Assembly (NCBI GenBank): GCA_002189035.1
Contig: NEEC01000018.1
Span: 558,001 to 622,000 of the forward strand
DNA: 64,000 nt
Direction: 5' to 3'
Source of the DNA: Utricularia gibba
Lineage: Eukaryota > Plantae > Magnoliophyta
Part shown: piece by piece, positions 48,912 through 63,075 of the stretch
Position numbering within the stretch: the stretch's first letter is position 1
How the letters are laid out: each line of letters opens with the position of its first letter
Notes under the pieces: generated by a model
Told to the model about the DNA's origin: nothing
The model's database searches: none
The model's input: the letters and a program-made list of their open reading frames with translations, nothing else
Position numbers and translations under genes: made by a program

Positions 48912-50546
48912 TTTCCACAGCTTCTGCTCCCTGTGGTGGTGCTGTCTGTGCTATCTATCTATGCACTGTAGAGTTCCTCTCTCCAATAATTCGGCCTGGT
49001 TTTCTGTCGTGTAATTTGAGGGCGGCTTTATCTGAAAAATGTGATTTAACAAGTGACAAAAGTCATCATTGTAACCCTTTTTTCTATGAGAAACATAAGT
49101 CAATGGAAGGTGCAATTTGACTTTGTTTTATAATATAATACTTACTCTTTTATTGATGTCTGATACCATGGACCTGCTCTGAAATAGGGGTACCATATGA
49201 TAATAGAAACAAGCCATAAGATGATGAGGCATGTTAAAATCAATGTGAATCTTAGGAATAAGGCTAGACCGAGATGCGGGTTTTGTATTCCAACAGCACT
49301 TACACACCAAATTTTCTTTGAAATTACTTGCAATTGTGATGGAACTTATATGTAAAAGAACATGAGCTATAATACCATGTCAAAATGTAAAGGCACCTTG
49401 GTATAGAAACCCTAAATGATGCAGCAGCCACTTCCTTTTTTTTTTTTTATGTTTTTTTACTTTCTAGAAGTTCATCATCCAACAACCCTTTTCACTTTAT
49501 CATTTCTTCCACGCCTACTTGAACATCCGCAAACGAGAGCAGCAAGTCCTATCAACATCGCAAACTTTTCAACCCTATGCAACTACCAAACCTACGTTTT
49601 CTCATTTTCTTTGTCTCTTCCTCGTGTTTCTAAGTCGCCTCATAAAAAAGTATAAGCTTTTTCGATTGCAATTCCGTGACGACACACCTTCAGCAATTCT
49701 CACTCAGCTTCATCCCTCGTCATACCATAGAAATGATCCACAGGTGTTTTCCCATATTGTCCCACAGCCGCCGATGTCATGGCCTCATGTTGTCCAGCCT
49801 GTGATATTGAGGATTTTATTCGCCCATATTGCTAGGGTATGATTTTTTTTCTTTTCTAAATGACATAAATTCAGATGTACCGTTTATGGCAGTTGTCACC
49901 TTGATATACAGGTAGATGAAGATGAATTTTCTGTGTGTGGCCGCATAGACATTTATTGCAGGGTGTGGAGGGGGAATAATTGAGGGGTGAATGAAGAAAG
50001 GGTCTGAAAATGGACCAAGGAAATAGGGAGTAAAAATTAAATTAGGGGGGAAATCCCAGTTATGGCAGTGTAATAAGTTAGAAATTTACTGTGGTCAGGG
50101 AAACAGTGAAATAAGAATGATGAGTAATTATTGACGGTGAATCCTGGGCCAAAGCGGGCTACTACTGTTTACAGTTTTCAGTTTTGCATTGGGAAGAAGG
50201 AAGGGAGGGATCAGACAGCGCAGGCCGGCTGGAGCAGGGCAGGGCAGGGCATGGATATGAATGATCATTAATTTTACCGATCCGTCGGTTTCCACAGTTC
50301 GATTGACACATCACTTATCCTTCATATTCCCTCTCAACTCATTTCTTTATTATGAACAAAAATTTCACAAAATTATACAAATCGAAACGTTACCGTATCA
50401 TCGTTTGTAATAAAATCTGGAAAGGACGAACCCGGCCATCATATCATATTTTAGTTTTACAATTTCGGCCAACTTCATTTTTTTTTTCTGAAATACAGTG
50501 GCTGCCATTATTGTCTAAGAGTTTTGCACATGCCAAAGAATAAGAA

Positions 50547-50920
50547 AGGTGTTTGGAGAATGTACACTCTCAGATGATATTCTATACTCCTTTTTTGAAT
50601 TACTTCTATTTTTTACAATCATAATGATACGACTATTATTAGAATAATAAATATTTTTCTTTTTTTATTTCTTTTAAAAAAAATTTCTCCTTCATCCAAT
50701 CCCTCTCCCTTCGAGGATCGACACCGATTTTCATTCTCATTTTGAATTCTTTCTAGAAATAATAGATGAATTTAACTTGGTGTTCACAATTTTATCAATT
50801 CACATCAAAATCTTATTGCAATAAATACATCATTCTATAAATTTTTTTAGGCATCTATAACGAATAATGTAGGTGACTGGAAACATATTTTTAAAAATAC
50901 TATATATTCTCCAAACATCC
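50547..50920. mobile_element. Probable Tourist/Harbinger-type MITE upstream of the MYB
   Basis: Inverted ends AGGTGTTTGGAGAA / TTCTCCAAACATCC, followed by TTA on the right. AT-rich interior. Left TSD is imperfect. Confidence 0.5.
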
Positions 50921-51215
50921 TTATTTCTTGTAAGTGTCTAGAAAAAATATTTAAAAAATGATATATTTTTCAAACATACATAATGACTCGTATAAATGCT
51001 TAGAAACTCATTTCCAAAAATGTTGTATAGTTTTTAGTCACCCACAAGAATCGTTGTTGGTGCTTTAAAAATACATTTTGTTATTAAGACAAAAATATCA
51101 TTTACATTTACATTATATTATATGTTTATTCTTCTTCTTGAACATAACATGTTATACGTGCATTTTACTTCTTAAAATGAGAAAGATAATAAAATTTCTA
51201 TTACTTCGCATTCTA

Positions 51216-51376
51216 ATGAAAAGGAAAATGAAAAATAAGAAGTAAATTACAACATCCTTTTAAATGACAGAAAATTTTCATTTTACTAGAGCTTATGAAA
51301 AGGAAAATAAAAAATAAAAAGTAAATTACAACATCCTCTTAAATGACGGAAAATTTTCATTTTACTAAAGGTTATG
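51216..51376. repeat. 79-bp tandem duplication
   Basis: ATGAAAAGGAAAAT..AGTAAATTACAACATCC..AAATGAC.GAAAATTTTCATTTTACTA starts at 51216 and at 51295. Confidence 0.9.
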
Positions 51377-53869
51377 GCTAATCAAAAGGCTTGTGTAAAA
51401 AAAAAAAAAAGCACTGCATCATGATCCGAACTTGTAATCCTTGGTTGCCTCACATCTTACATCCCATCACCATCCACGTAAAACAAGCTAGTGCGATCAC
51501 TTGCGGTTAATAGAGGGAAAGCTAGGACCATGAAATTTAAGATCAAACAGGGAATAGAGATTAAGAGTTAAGAGTACTCAAACGTTATGCTCATTTGATA
51601 AATGGCAATGATCGTGGTCAATAATATGCTTCAGAGAGTTGTTGGACAGACACTTATGTGATAAGTTGCCTTTCACTAGAATGTTAAATTCCTTTCCTGG
51701 AATGTTGGGCAGACACTAGAAGGGCATCTTATCTCATATTCATTTATTTGATATGAGATTGGCTTTGATCACATGTGAAGAAAAGTGCCCTCCTCACTAA
51801 ATTTCTTTTTCCCACATGAGATTTAAGTAAGTCTACATCAATCTTCTTTCTAACCTAACCGTGGTCTATCGTGAGTTACGTTTTTGGAAATAAATGCACT
51901 ACTCTTCTCTCTTCCTAGATCTATCCTAATGCTAGAGAAAAAAATATGAATTCTTAATTATGAATTAAAAGGTAAAGAGCAACTCATCCCTTCTACCTTA
52001 AGACATCACTTGTCCGTTTAGCCACTCAATAAGGAAAAAATGTAAAACAAAAACATAGCAAACATTTTCATAATATCAGTCAACAACAAAAAAGAGGAGC
52101 AGAAAAACAAAGTCCGTTTCCAATGAAAGTGAAAATAATTTGTTTCTAACTACTTTGTCTTAGGAGTAATGTTACTATAGTTATTTCTTGATACAACTAC
52201 TGAAAGATTTCCTCTTTCTTCATGCTCTTCAATTTTCTTTTTCTCTTCTACTTGCTTCCTCTTTTTTCTGTGTTTCTCCTTGTCAAAAAATTCCCAGCTC
52301 CTCCTAGCAAAATATCCTTTTTTTTTTCCCTTTCTCATTTGCTTGGAAAATGTTTGTATCTTTTTCTTCACCTTTTCAGCTTTGCCTCTCTATGTTTTTT
52401 AATCTTCTATCCTTATATCAGAATAGTATCTTCTAGACATATATTTTTAGGATGTGACTTCAAATTATGATGCTATGTTCAGACATACATGATTAATTCT
52501 TGGATGGAACTAAGTTACGAATCTAGCCCCCAATTCGAATAAAAGATGGAAACTAATCTAATATGGCTAAAATTATTTTAAATAACTCCAGATCTTACTT
52601 TTCGATATAAAACATTTAATCAAAACATCTAAAAGCAGTAAATAATTATGATTCCGATTTAACCTCTCACTTGCAACTCGGAAAGCTGTAGCTTCCTCTC
52701 ACTTATACTTAGACTATGATCCAATTTGTTAAGTTTGATTTTAGTATAGTCTTTTACGTCTTCGTGTGTCTTTAAATGTGATTAAAGTTATTATATTAGA
52801 AATCTATGATATAAGTTTTAGATTTTATTTATACTAAGGAAATTTTCGTTGTTATATTTTATCTAATCTCTGTATTAGTTTAGTTGTGATTATGTTTGGT
52901 TAGAGGGGTACAAAATGACAAAATATATCTTTACTAAAAAGAAATCTCCTTGGATTTCCATAAAAACACAAAATACTAATAATGAACCTTGACATGTGGG
53001 ATACAATTGTGGGTGACAGAAGAAATCATGATTGTATTACAATGTCACAGGAAAGTTTCTTGAAAGACACTCAAAGACCATAGCAAAATTTATGACCAAG
53101 CAAGTTCAGACAAAAGAAGACTTTTCTCTTTCTAGTTTTAGTTTACTTTTGATTTTGCATCTCACTAGAGGAATTCTGTGACTTATCTCTAACATTGCAT
53201 TTTAGTTTCATGTGTTGTATGGTATGGGTTGGGAGACTTCTTCTTCTATGTTTCATAAAAAATCCTCTACTTCTTCTAAATTCAATTACATTTTGTATGT
53301 CTCCACATAAATATGTTACATTCGTAACTTATGAGTAGTTAGCTGCTGTCTATGAGTTTTAAAGAGGAGTAAGATGAAGAGCACCAGTTAACACCCTTTT
53401 GGTTTAAAGAACACAAGATTTTATTTGACACCATACCCTATAACAACTGATAGATAGTGATCTCGTATCTAGATCATTAGGTTATCACCAACACTTGAGC
53501 ATGTATGCACAATTTGATTGTGATGATAATCGATGGCTAGACCTCTTATTTTTCCATTCTTCTCAGAGAGAGTTAAATTAGGCAATTCCCATACCTCATT
53601 GCAAGAGAGTATAAAGGAAGGTAAATAATTCCTTAGTTTTATAACTAAGTATTTGAGAGAATCAGAAAAGAGTGGAGATACAATGAATATAGTTGGAAAG
53701 AATTCGAATTCCACGAACAACTCTTTTATTTAAGGTTTATGGTTTAAGTTTACTTCTATTGTTTAATTACAATTCTTATACTCAAGTTTCATCATTTAAC
53801 TTTTTTTGCTATTCACTTTAATAACCTTGTTTACAATATTGTGACAGTTTGTACTCGATTCAAACTGTA

Positions 53870-56510
53870 ACTTTTTCAGAAAAATTGAGTCTTTTTGATC
53901 AACAGAGTACTATATTTTTGTGTTTTATGATAATCTTTTAAAATATGTTGTGGAAGAACACACATTAAAATTCAACCTCTTCATGATTCACCAAGCTTTT
54001 TGTTTCAAAGTTGGTGTAATTTACAATGTTTCCCATAGACTATTTGGAATGATGACAATTCAATTGGTGTCTTGTATGCCATTCCTATGGCTCATAGAGC
54101 ATATCTTAGTCTCATAGTCCATTCTTTTCTATTTGGGAAAAATACCTTTTCCATAATTTGCTTTCTCTGTTTAATACTTAAGATTGTCCATTTTTTTGCG
54201 AATGGTATGTTGTTGAAGATTTATATCAAATATTAAATTGCTTTAGCATACTTCCCACGACTTGATTATAAAAATGAGTATCTATATCGCTGATCTACAC
54301 CATAGGATTCCTATAGCATACCAAAATCTTGTTACACAAGAAATTAATCACTATTTTTGTGTTATCTGTCTTTGTAGAAATTACTTCAATTTACTTTAAC
54401 TCATAATCAATAACCTCAAGAATATAATTGAATCCTTTAGATGTGGTAAATGGTCAAATAGTTCACAAAATAGAATTCCCTAATAAGGCATTTCACTCCT
54501 ATTAAACAACTCCTTGGCATAGTCTGTAAACATTCCAATGAACATCGCAGTCCTTAAAAATATTTGACCAATAAAGTCCACGATATAGAATCTTTCTAAG
54601 AGTAAGATTGGGTTCATGATGTCCATCAAACGATCATATATGTCATCATTGCATCTCTTCCACAAGTAAGGATCGTCTAAGATATAGTATTTGACATTGC
54701 TCTTCAGTTTGTTCCTAGTATGATAGTTCATTCCAAGTGGTATTGCCCTTGTTGAACAAAATTAGTCGTAACAGTAAACCATGATTCATGAATTCTAGTT
54801 TTAATTGAGAATAATCGTTTGTCTGCAAATGTTCATGTGATAGGTTTGTAATTCTTTGTTTTTTTATCTTGCTGAGATGGTCGGCTACCATGTTTTCTCT
54901 TCCATATCTATTCTTGATCTCGATATCAAACTCTTGGATAAGGACCCTTCTGATTAGCCTGAGTTTGGACTCCTCCATCAAATGCTTCATCATAGAATGT
55001 TATGTGTAAATGATCATCTCTCTTCTTGAAAGGGATGACTTGAATTTTTCTAAAAAAAATATAACATATAAAAATTCTCTTTCAATCAATATATAATTTC
55101 TTTATGCCTCCTTTAGTGTCTTAGAAGCATATGAAATGACATGATGCTTCCCTTCAATTTTTTGTCACAAAACTGCTTCTATTGTGTGGTTGCTAACATC
55201 ATACATAATTTAAAAATCATTCTTCCAATTCAATGGTTGCATCATAGGAGTATTTATTATAGCTATCTTTAGTCATGCAAAAGTTTTTTTACATAAATCA
55301 TGAAACTTAAATTCTACATCATTTTTCAAAATTCAATCAATTGAATGTAGTAATTTAATCATAATCTCAATTTTTGTCTTATCTAATTCGATACCTCTCC
55401 TAGAAATAACACAATTAAAAACAATATCATGATCTACCATAAAATGACATTATTTGAAATTAAGAACAAGGTACTTCTCAACACAATTATATAATAATTT
55501 GCCCAAATGATCTAAGCATGATTCATAATCTTCCCTATAAATTGTCAAATCATACATAAAAATTTGAATAAAGTTGACACCAAAATTAAAGAAAATGCTA
55601 GTTATACACCTTTGTAAGGTAGCCATGATGTTGCACAACTTGAAAGGCATCCTTTCGTAGGTGTGGGTTGAGAATGACTAAGTGAAGTTAGTTTTGTTTT
55701 AATTTTTCCTAAAATAGCAATTTGGTTGTATTTAGAATATCCATCCAAAAATAATAAAATGATTTTTTTCATTACTTCATTCATCTTCCTATAGTCTATG
55801 CAGATGCGCCATCCACTTTGGATCCTTTGTGGGACAAGTTCAGCTTTCTCATTTTTGACCAACATCATTCCAATCTTTTTCGGTACCACATGGATTGAAT
55901 TGACATACTTACTATCTGTGATGGAGTAGATAATACGTGTATCATGAAGTTTCATAATTTCTTTTTTTACCACTTGCATCATGTTTGGGTTGAGAGGTGT
56001 TTAGGGTTAATGAGAAGGTTTGGCTCTATCCTCTAAGAGAATCTTGTGCATGTATATGGGAGGAAATATTCCTTAAATATCCCTAGGGTCCATCAAATTC
56101 CTTTCTCACTCCCGGTCAATACTTCAAGTAGTCGTGATGCGTGACCAAAGCTAAGATTACCAGAGATGATAAGAGGATTACTCATTTCATCATCCAAGAA
56201 TGTGCACTTTAGGTGTGCAGGTTGTGGCATCAATTCGATTGTTCTCTCTTCTAGGGCTTTAGCTTGCACAACTTTCAGCTGCTTCGATCTTGTTCCATCT
56301 TACATTCTTGCAAGGAATGATTCTTTATGTTATTCTTTCTTTTATTGAATATTCTTCTCAATATGGTCTTTAACTAACTTATCTATAAGATCTACAAAAC
56401 AAACACTTTCAAAGTCACTGGGATAGTTGTTCTCCTCTTTCATATCCAATGTAATTTTATCTTCGTCAAAAGAGAACTCAATTGTGACCTTCTATGTGGG
56501 AGAGTTTTGT
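53870..56510 (-). pseudogene. Athila-like gypsy pol remnant (protease end, RT, RNase H, integrase start)
   Basis: ELMPQPAHLKCTF..PLIISG. VKKEIMKLHD..VHVVPKK.GM..VKNEK.ELVPQR..SGWRICIDYRKMN (55602-55982). MPFKLCN..ATLQRC (55450-55650). LIQEFDIEIKNR.G.ENMVADHLS. YYILDDPYLWKRC. Many stops. Confidence 0.85.
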
Positions 56511-56524
56511 TTTATGATTATTTT

Positions 56525-56700
56525 CATGTGACCCTTGGTGTGCAACATATTTTTTATCTAGGTGTTCTTGTATGACCCTAACTATTCAAGAAGTTTCATA
56601 TCTAGGTATTCTCTCATGACCCTTGTTGTTCGAAAGGTTTATAATCCAATTGTTCACTCATGGACCCTGGTGTGCAAAAGGTTCGTTGTTCGAATGTTTG
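56525..56700. repeat. About four degenerate 44-45-bp tandem units
   Basis: GACCC anchors at 56530, 56574, 56618 and 56663. Confidence 0.75.
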
Positions 56701-56723
56701 CCTATGTAAGCCACTTTGGATAT

Positions 56724-58023
56724 TGATAAACAAAAAATTTGTATCGTTGCAATAAAGTCAAATTTTTGTATAGTGGATTTCGGGGTCGATCAAGGAGCAG
56801 ATGTTCGCAAAATGGTTTTTGAGATGTAGGTTCATAGAATAAACGATACTCTTAGTCTAAGCTCAACTAATAGCGATGCGCAAATTCAGTAACTAAGATC
56901 AAATCCAAACGTAAATAGTAACAAATACAGGTTTTGTGCACAATGTAATACTATGATGCCTCAAGGTAATGTAAATCCAAGCTCAATGTTTCTATATTCA
57001 CAACTCTAAACAAGTTAAGTCTACTCAGATCATTTCTCATGTTTTTGGTAAAGTGAGCTTCTAATGTTATCAAGGACTAACACCTACTATCATCACCTTG
57101 ATTTGTTAATCTATCTCTAAATAAAGCATCTGAGTTGTGAAGCTGTTCGTTCTCCCCTTAGGTCTACTTGAGAAATGATTAAAACGTAAGACACATTGAT
57201 TGACTTTTTTATGTGCCCTAGCTCTACTTGTAGACTGTCGATGGCAGAAGAGTGCTCTTTATCATCCTTCGAATATTTTGCCCTCTTCTACTTATTCCAA
57301 ACATCTTTGAGTCCAATTTGCTGCTAATCCTCTTGTTAAGCTTAATTAAAATTCAGTAACAAAAGGATGGACTAAATCGAAGGATTTAGTCCACTTTTGA
57401 ATATAAACAAGAAATTAAGCTAAACAACATGTAAAATATGAAAAATCACACAAACCTAACCTAAACCACAACAAAAACATCATAATTTGATATTATAAAA
57501 TTCTAAGAACATGTGTGTCGTCGCACTATCTACAACAATATGAGACTTGTTCCCAAGTCCTTGCTAAGACTAAAAGGAAACTAACTTCGTCAGTGCTAAT
57601 GGTAAATATAAACAATTTTGATAAATTTCAGATGAATGAGCAGTAGAAGTGCTGGTATGCAGGTCATGTTATCATTCAAATGTGCATGAATAGATTCCTC
57701 TTGAGGAGTGTTTTTGAAGATTCCTTACTCAAGTTGATTCATCCAAAATCACTCAAGAGTATGGTCATTTTTTCTTTTCTCTTCTCTTCATTTGTTTTTT
57801 GGGAAGTGAATGGACAACTTGTTCTTGACTAATCCGGGTATAATGTCATGGCTTTTTCTTCAAAAAAATATTGGCCAAGCACTCATATCTTATAACTCCA
57901 CGCCTCCTACTACTCCTCTGGATTAATCCATCCCTACTCACTTTTTCACTACTTATTGAGTCTGCACATGCTCTTTTATTATGTGCTGCTTTTGAGGACT
58001 TTGATGTCATATTTTTTAATTGT

Positions 58024-58082
<59 letters not shown>

Positions 58083-60582
58083 TTTAAAGTTGGCAACCAA
58101 TCCTCAAAACGATTATGAAATCTAGCAACTCAAGGGAAACTAATCTAGATTACACTCCCTAGGTTCCTCTAATTATGCGCATGCTCTCATAAGATAAAAG
58201 GTAAAAATATGCTCTCAGGAATAAAAGGTAAAATATCTCATTGTTGTAATATTTAATCATATGGTCATTCTACGCAGCTTACTCATGCTAAACAAGACAT
58301 ACAAGAAGCACTTAATTACTCTTAGTATAGACTAGCATACACTGCATTTCATACACGAATAAGATCGTATAAAAAAAATAAAACAAAAAATAAGAATAGA
58401 AACTAAGCTACATGAAAGCAAACCCACTCATTTGGGCTTTGATTAGTCCAGCGACCTTCAAGAAGCATGCATCTAAAGGTATTGTCTTAGTTTTAATATG
58501 GAAAGATTCTAATTCAAACAATTTTTCAGGACATAAGGTGTGAGCAAGATGGATGATAATATGATCAAAACAATTTTCATGTGTTTATAGTCCCTATTCA
58601 TTTGTTCAGCTAGCATAACACCTAAGTTCAAAGAGTGTTTGTTTATGATGCACCGCATGACAAATAATTCATGCTTAAAAAGAGAATTAAATCCTATAGT
58701 TCATCTAAAAAGAGTTGTGATGATCAAGACATGAACATAGCGTATGATAGGATCAACAAATAAATCCACTTTCATCCCCTTTGCCTTAACTTCTATAACA
58801 TGTTGATTAGTCAAAAATGTATAAGGTTCTCAGTATCAAATTCATCACAGTAATAAAAAAAAATATACGGTAAATTCATGGGAATCTACATCCTGTTTTG
58901 AACAAAATCTTAGCACTACATTCCATTCAGTCAATGAAAAAGAATACTCAATACTCAACGATCTAAAAGAAATAGCCATATGGTCTAGGATAACTTCAAG
59001 TATTTCATACAAAAAAGTGGAAGCAAATTTGTAAGACAATTTGACGTACGCAGGAAATTTCATATCAAATAGAGTCATGAATGATGTGCTCTCAAACATA
59101 GAAGAAACTCTATCAACTATTCCTAGCTACAGCAAAATCTCATGATCAATATGACGATAGGTTGTTACCTTTGCACCTTTGAGCTCACCATAGCAATCAG
59201 CATTTAATTATTTTGTGAAGGTCAAGTATCTAGTATTCAACGTGTTTGTGTAGTGCTTGCAATATGGTATCCCCTTGCGAGTCATTTGCCTTTGAAATCT
59301 CTCATTTTCTTGTGCAAACTTTCCCACTTTCACGTACAAAGGCACCAATTTACATAAAAATTTCTTTCTTTTAATTGTACCTTCATTTTCCTTTTATGTG
59401 GTGCTCCCTAACGATTGCTCCCCTCCTTCCTACTTTGCAGGTTCAATTTCTTTAGGTGTAACATCCTCTTCTTCAGGGGCAGGTTCAGCTAGTGGTGTTC
59501 TCTACTTTTTCTTCCACTAGTGTTTCTCTCTTCTACATGTCCCTCTACCTTTTTTGGAGGCTAATATGCTCTAAATTGGTGTTTTTTTGAGGATTCTCCT
59601 TGAAAATCTTCAAGGGTTGCAACAATAGGCTGATCCCCTTCTTCTAGGGTTGGGAGCAATGGTAAGTGCAGCTTCGGCATCTCCAACACCTTTCTTTGGT
59701 TGCTTTGTTTGCGTTTTCTTCCGGCTTGATTTCTCCTTTGTGGCCTTTCTTGCACTTCTCATTGTAGGCGTTCTGTTTCTACCACTATAATTTTTTGCAG
59801 AAAGATCACAGAGTAAATGGGTAAAATGGGGAACAATGAAACTCTTCATCTAGGTCATTTCGAACACCAAGGGTTTTTACATCATTTCCTTTGGTTCAAC
59901 TTCCCACTCCCCTCAATGGCCTGATTTTTGTAACTCCTCAATGTTAATTCCTCTTGAGTTTTGTACTCATCAGTGCCTAGTAATACAAAATATGGCAAAA
60001 ATCCTATATTGCCTCCCATAAGCGCCCTTGTTTATAGTTTTGGACCCGACTTCTCGTGTGGCTATGTTTCTAGTGCATTCATTAGTTTTATCATATCCAT
60101 ATTTCTAGTGAATATGTTGTCAAAATTTTCATAAAAAATTTTTAACCGATGCCCATTTACCAAAAATTCTTTGTTGCCATCTCCATCATATATTTCTACA
60201 ACACTATTAGAAAAAATGTCCTTCACAACAAAAGGGTCTATCGATCTTGATTTTAGCTTTCTAGGATACAATTTCAATCTTCATTGGAACAATAAGACTT
60301 TCTATCCAGTCTCGAAAACTCTTATGGGGATATGTGCATCATGATAACTCTTTTGAGAGATTTGAATAGTTTTGAGCTCTCATATGCATCATTCCTCAAC
60401 TTCTTCAATTCTGAAACTTGAAGCTTTATGTGGTTCACACTAAGGTTCCTATCTAAGTTCAATCTCTTCATAGTCCAGTAGGCCTTGTGCTCAAGAGTTG
60501 TTTGTATCCTAAAAGGCTTCCCATAAACAACAACAAAACATGATAATTTGGTATTATAAAATGCTAAGAAAATGTGTCATCA
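56724..60582 (-). mobile_element. Internally deleted Athila-like element: 3' LTR 56724-57523, 3' region, integrase C-terminus, 55-bp 5' LTR stub
   Basis: 57470-57523 is homologous to 60527-60582 (ACAAC..AAACAT.ATAATTTG.TATTATAAAAT.CTAAGAA.ATGTG). Integrase tail TLEHKAYW / KLYPRKLKSR (60062-60525). Flanks GATAT / GACAC differ only by two C/T changes. Confidence 0.6.
58028..58074. repeat. (CT)n microsatellite
   Basis: Direct reading: about 23 CT units followed by a T run. Confidence 0.95.
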
Positions 60583-61761
60583 GACACTTTGAGGAGCACG
60601 GATCTAGCTAATAGTACATGGCCATGCCAATCAATGAGCATAACAGTGCATGAGGATAAGTAAGATTCAATGTGTCCGGATAATTTTAAATGGGAATGCT
60701 CATTGTTGGGCTAAACAAGTGTCAATGTGGAAATGCCAAGCCCTTGGTGAAGTTGATCATGCCCATTCTTCGAATATTGGATGGGGACCTTATATCACTT
60801 CTTTAGCTATACATTAGGTATTAGGTGATAGTGTTATACCTCAGTTTAGGCCATATAGTAGTCGTCAGTAAGGATTGTGACTATTGTTGAGCATAAGGTA
60901 TGGAACATGTTTCTTAATCTATGTTGTTAGCATGAGAGCACTAACTAATGAAAGCGTAGATGGTTTTGGCATGATAATGATAAATTATCAGTGCATTCTA
61001 GGTGGTCTCAATGAATAGTAATTATTTTTTATATGAATCGCAATAGAGATCAAACCTCATTAGATTTTTCTAGTGAATCCATATACTTTGAAAGGTGTTT
61101 ATTCCTTGCTTTGATAGCCACTTCACGTTGGAATTGATTTTTACAAAGAATTATGCGTTCGCTCTTCCTAGGCATTTGATAGCCTCTTCCAAGAAAAACA
61201 ATAAAAGCGAATTTGTCCTACATATTGCATTTTAAGTTATCATACTAAAGTGATTTTGAAAGGTGTTTATTTGTTGCTTTTAGGCCTTTGAGGGTGGCTG
61301 TGGTGATTGTTGCTCATGACGGTCCCTAGTGTACATATGTGCACTACTTGTTACTTGCCATCAAGTTCTTCATTTTCAAGTATTGCAGTGATGTTATCTA
61401 TTGAGCATTCGTCCTTAGATTACTATCCATGATGCTATTCTATTGCATATTGTTTTTTCAAAAAATTTTAAATATAAAACACAATTAAACCATAATACGA
61501 GTGTTGATTTCAAATAGTTAAGTTTTATGAACGGTGTTTTATGCTAATTTTTTACAAATTGTCTTATGTTTGTAAAAAGAGTTATGAAATACTGAAACAC
61601 AAAATAAAATGTAAGTAATGAATCTTGATTAAGGGAAGCAATTTCTGGGAAAGCGATTATGTTTCCTTCTTTGTGTCAACTCACTTTCGTTTTCACTTGT
61701 TTTTTTTTAAATAACTTGTTATAGGATCAAGAAATCGTCTACTCTCTCTAACACTCTTTTA

Positions 61762-63075
61762 GAGCATCTCTAGGAATTTTCGAAAATGGTGACATGACAT
61801 TCCTAGTCTTTGAGATAACGAGTTTCCTTATTAAGTTTCCTTTACGTTTGAATTCATTTACGTAAATCATAATGTTAAAATAATATTAAAATAATGATTC
61901 CAAAATACATTTAATTCTAAACATCGAAATTGATAAATGAAATTACAAAATCATAAAATGAAATTACTCAACAATCTAGAAATCAATTAAAATTTGCTCA
62001 GATATGCTCGACCAAATCATTTTTTACACATTAGTGGATGCTGGTATCATGTGAATGTTCTATTTGACTTAAATAACTTTGCATATTGATCCTAGCATCC
62101 CTATAAATTTTCGGTGGTTCGACAGTCATAGATCTTTTATATTCATCCATAGTATTGTCTCCATGAATGACATTCGTAATATGATACATGCATATATAAT
62201 ATGTCCTAAATTTTTTCGATCCCAAGCTCTTCCATGAGACGTTAGTATTCCAAGCCGGCTTTGTAATCTCCCAAAAGTGCACTTTATGTCTTTTCTAGCA
62301 CTCTCCTTGAATTGAGCACAATGATGCACTTTTCTACCTTGTGGGAGTATAATAGATTTCACAAACACACCCATTCTAGATAAATGTCATCAGTCAAATA
62401 ATATCACATGCCGTAATTATTACCATTGACACTGAATCAAGCTCATGGTGCAACCCCATTATATAACTCATTTAGTAAATGAGAATGTCATAAAACATTG
62501 ATATCATTATTTGCGCCTAGCATTCCGAAAAAAATGTGTGCCATATTCATGTATTAGCATATGCCATCACTTCTAACATGAGTGATGGTTTACAATGGTC
62601 TCCACGCTTAAATTGAACTTGTCATGTCATTGGACAATTTTTCCACTCCCAATGCATGTAATCCAGACTTTCAAGCGTTTCAGGAAATCCCTAGCCTTGC
62701 CCCAAGCAAACAAACGCTCCCAAGTTTCCTACTATGGGTGATCATAAATACTATTCTGAAAAAAAAGAGCGAATGAAAGTAACAAAATGACAAATACACT
62801 TGATGGATGTTACCTCTCCAATTCGAATATATTCATCAATACTATCAACACTAGAAACATAAGATATCAAACGTACAGTAGCCGTGCACTTTTGTAAAGG
62901 GCTTAGGTTTAGGCGACTTGTGCAATCTATCTTATCCTGAAAGTAGGGATCTTGATAATAAATAGTCTCAACAATTCTTTCAAATAAAGAATATTTCATT
63001 CGAAATCTCCTACGTAATTGTTCATCTGTGTAAGTGGGATTATTGCAAAAATAATTAGTGACCAACCTTTTATAC
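61762..63075 (-). mobile_element. Pong/Harbinger-type element, one end plus truncated transposase pseudogene
   Basis: End GAGCATCTCTAG preceded by TTA (61759-61761). Translations NYFCNNPTY..LRRRFRMKYSLFERIV...LSPLQKCTATVRLISY..SVDSIDEYIRIGE (62751-63065) and RKDIKCTFGRLQSRL..IIYACIIL (about 62190-62300). The other end is lost. Confidence 0.85.

Noticed and set aside
51400-53850. Discrete LTR element upstream of the MYB
   Set aside because: Composition is LTR-like and there is a ...TGTGACA end at 53846, but no matching start, partner LTR or TSD could be fixed.
57846-58125. ORFs with ER or SL dipeptide runs
   Set aside because: Translations of the (CT)n microsatellite.
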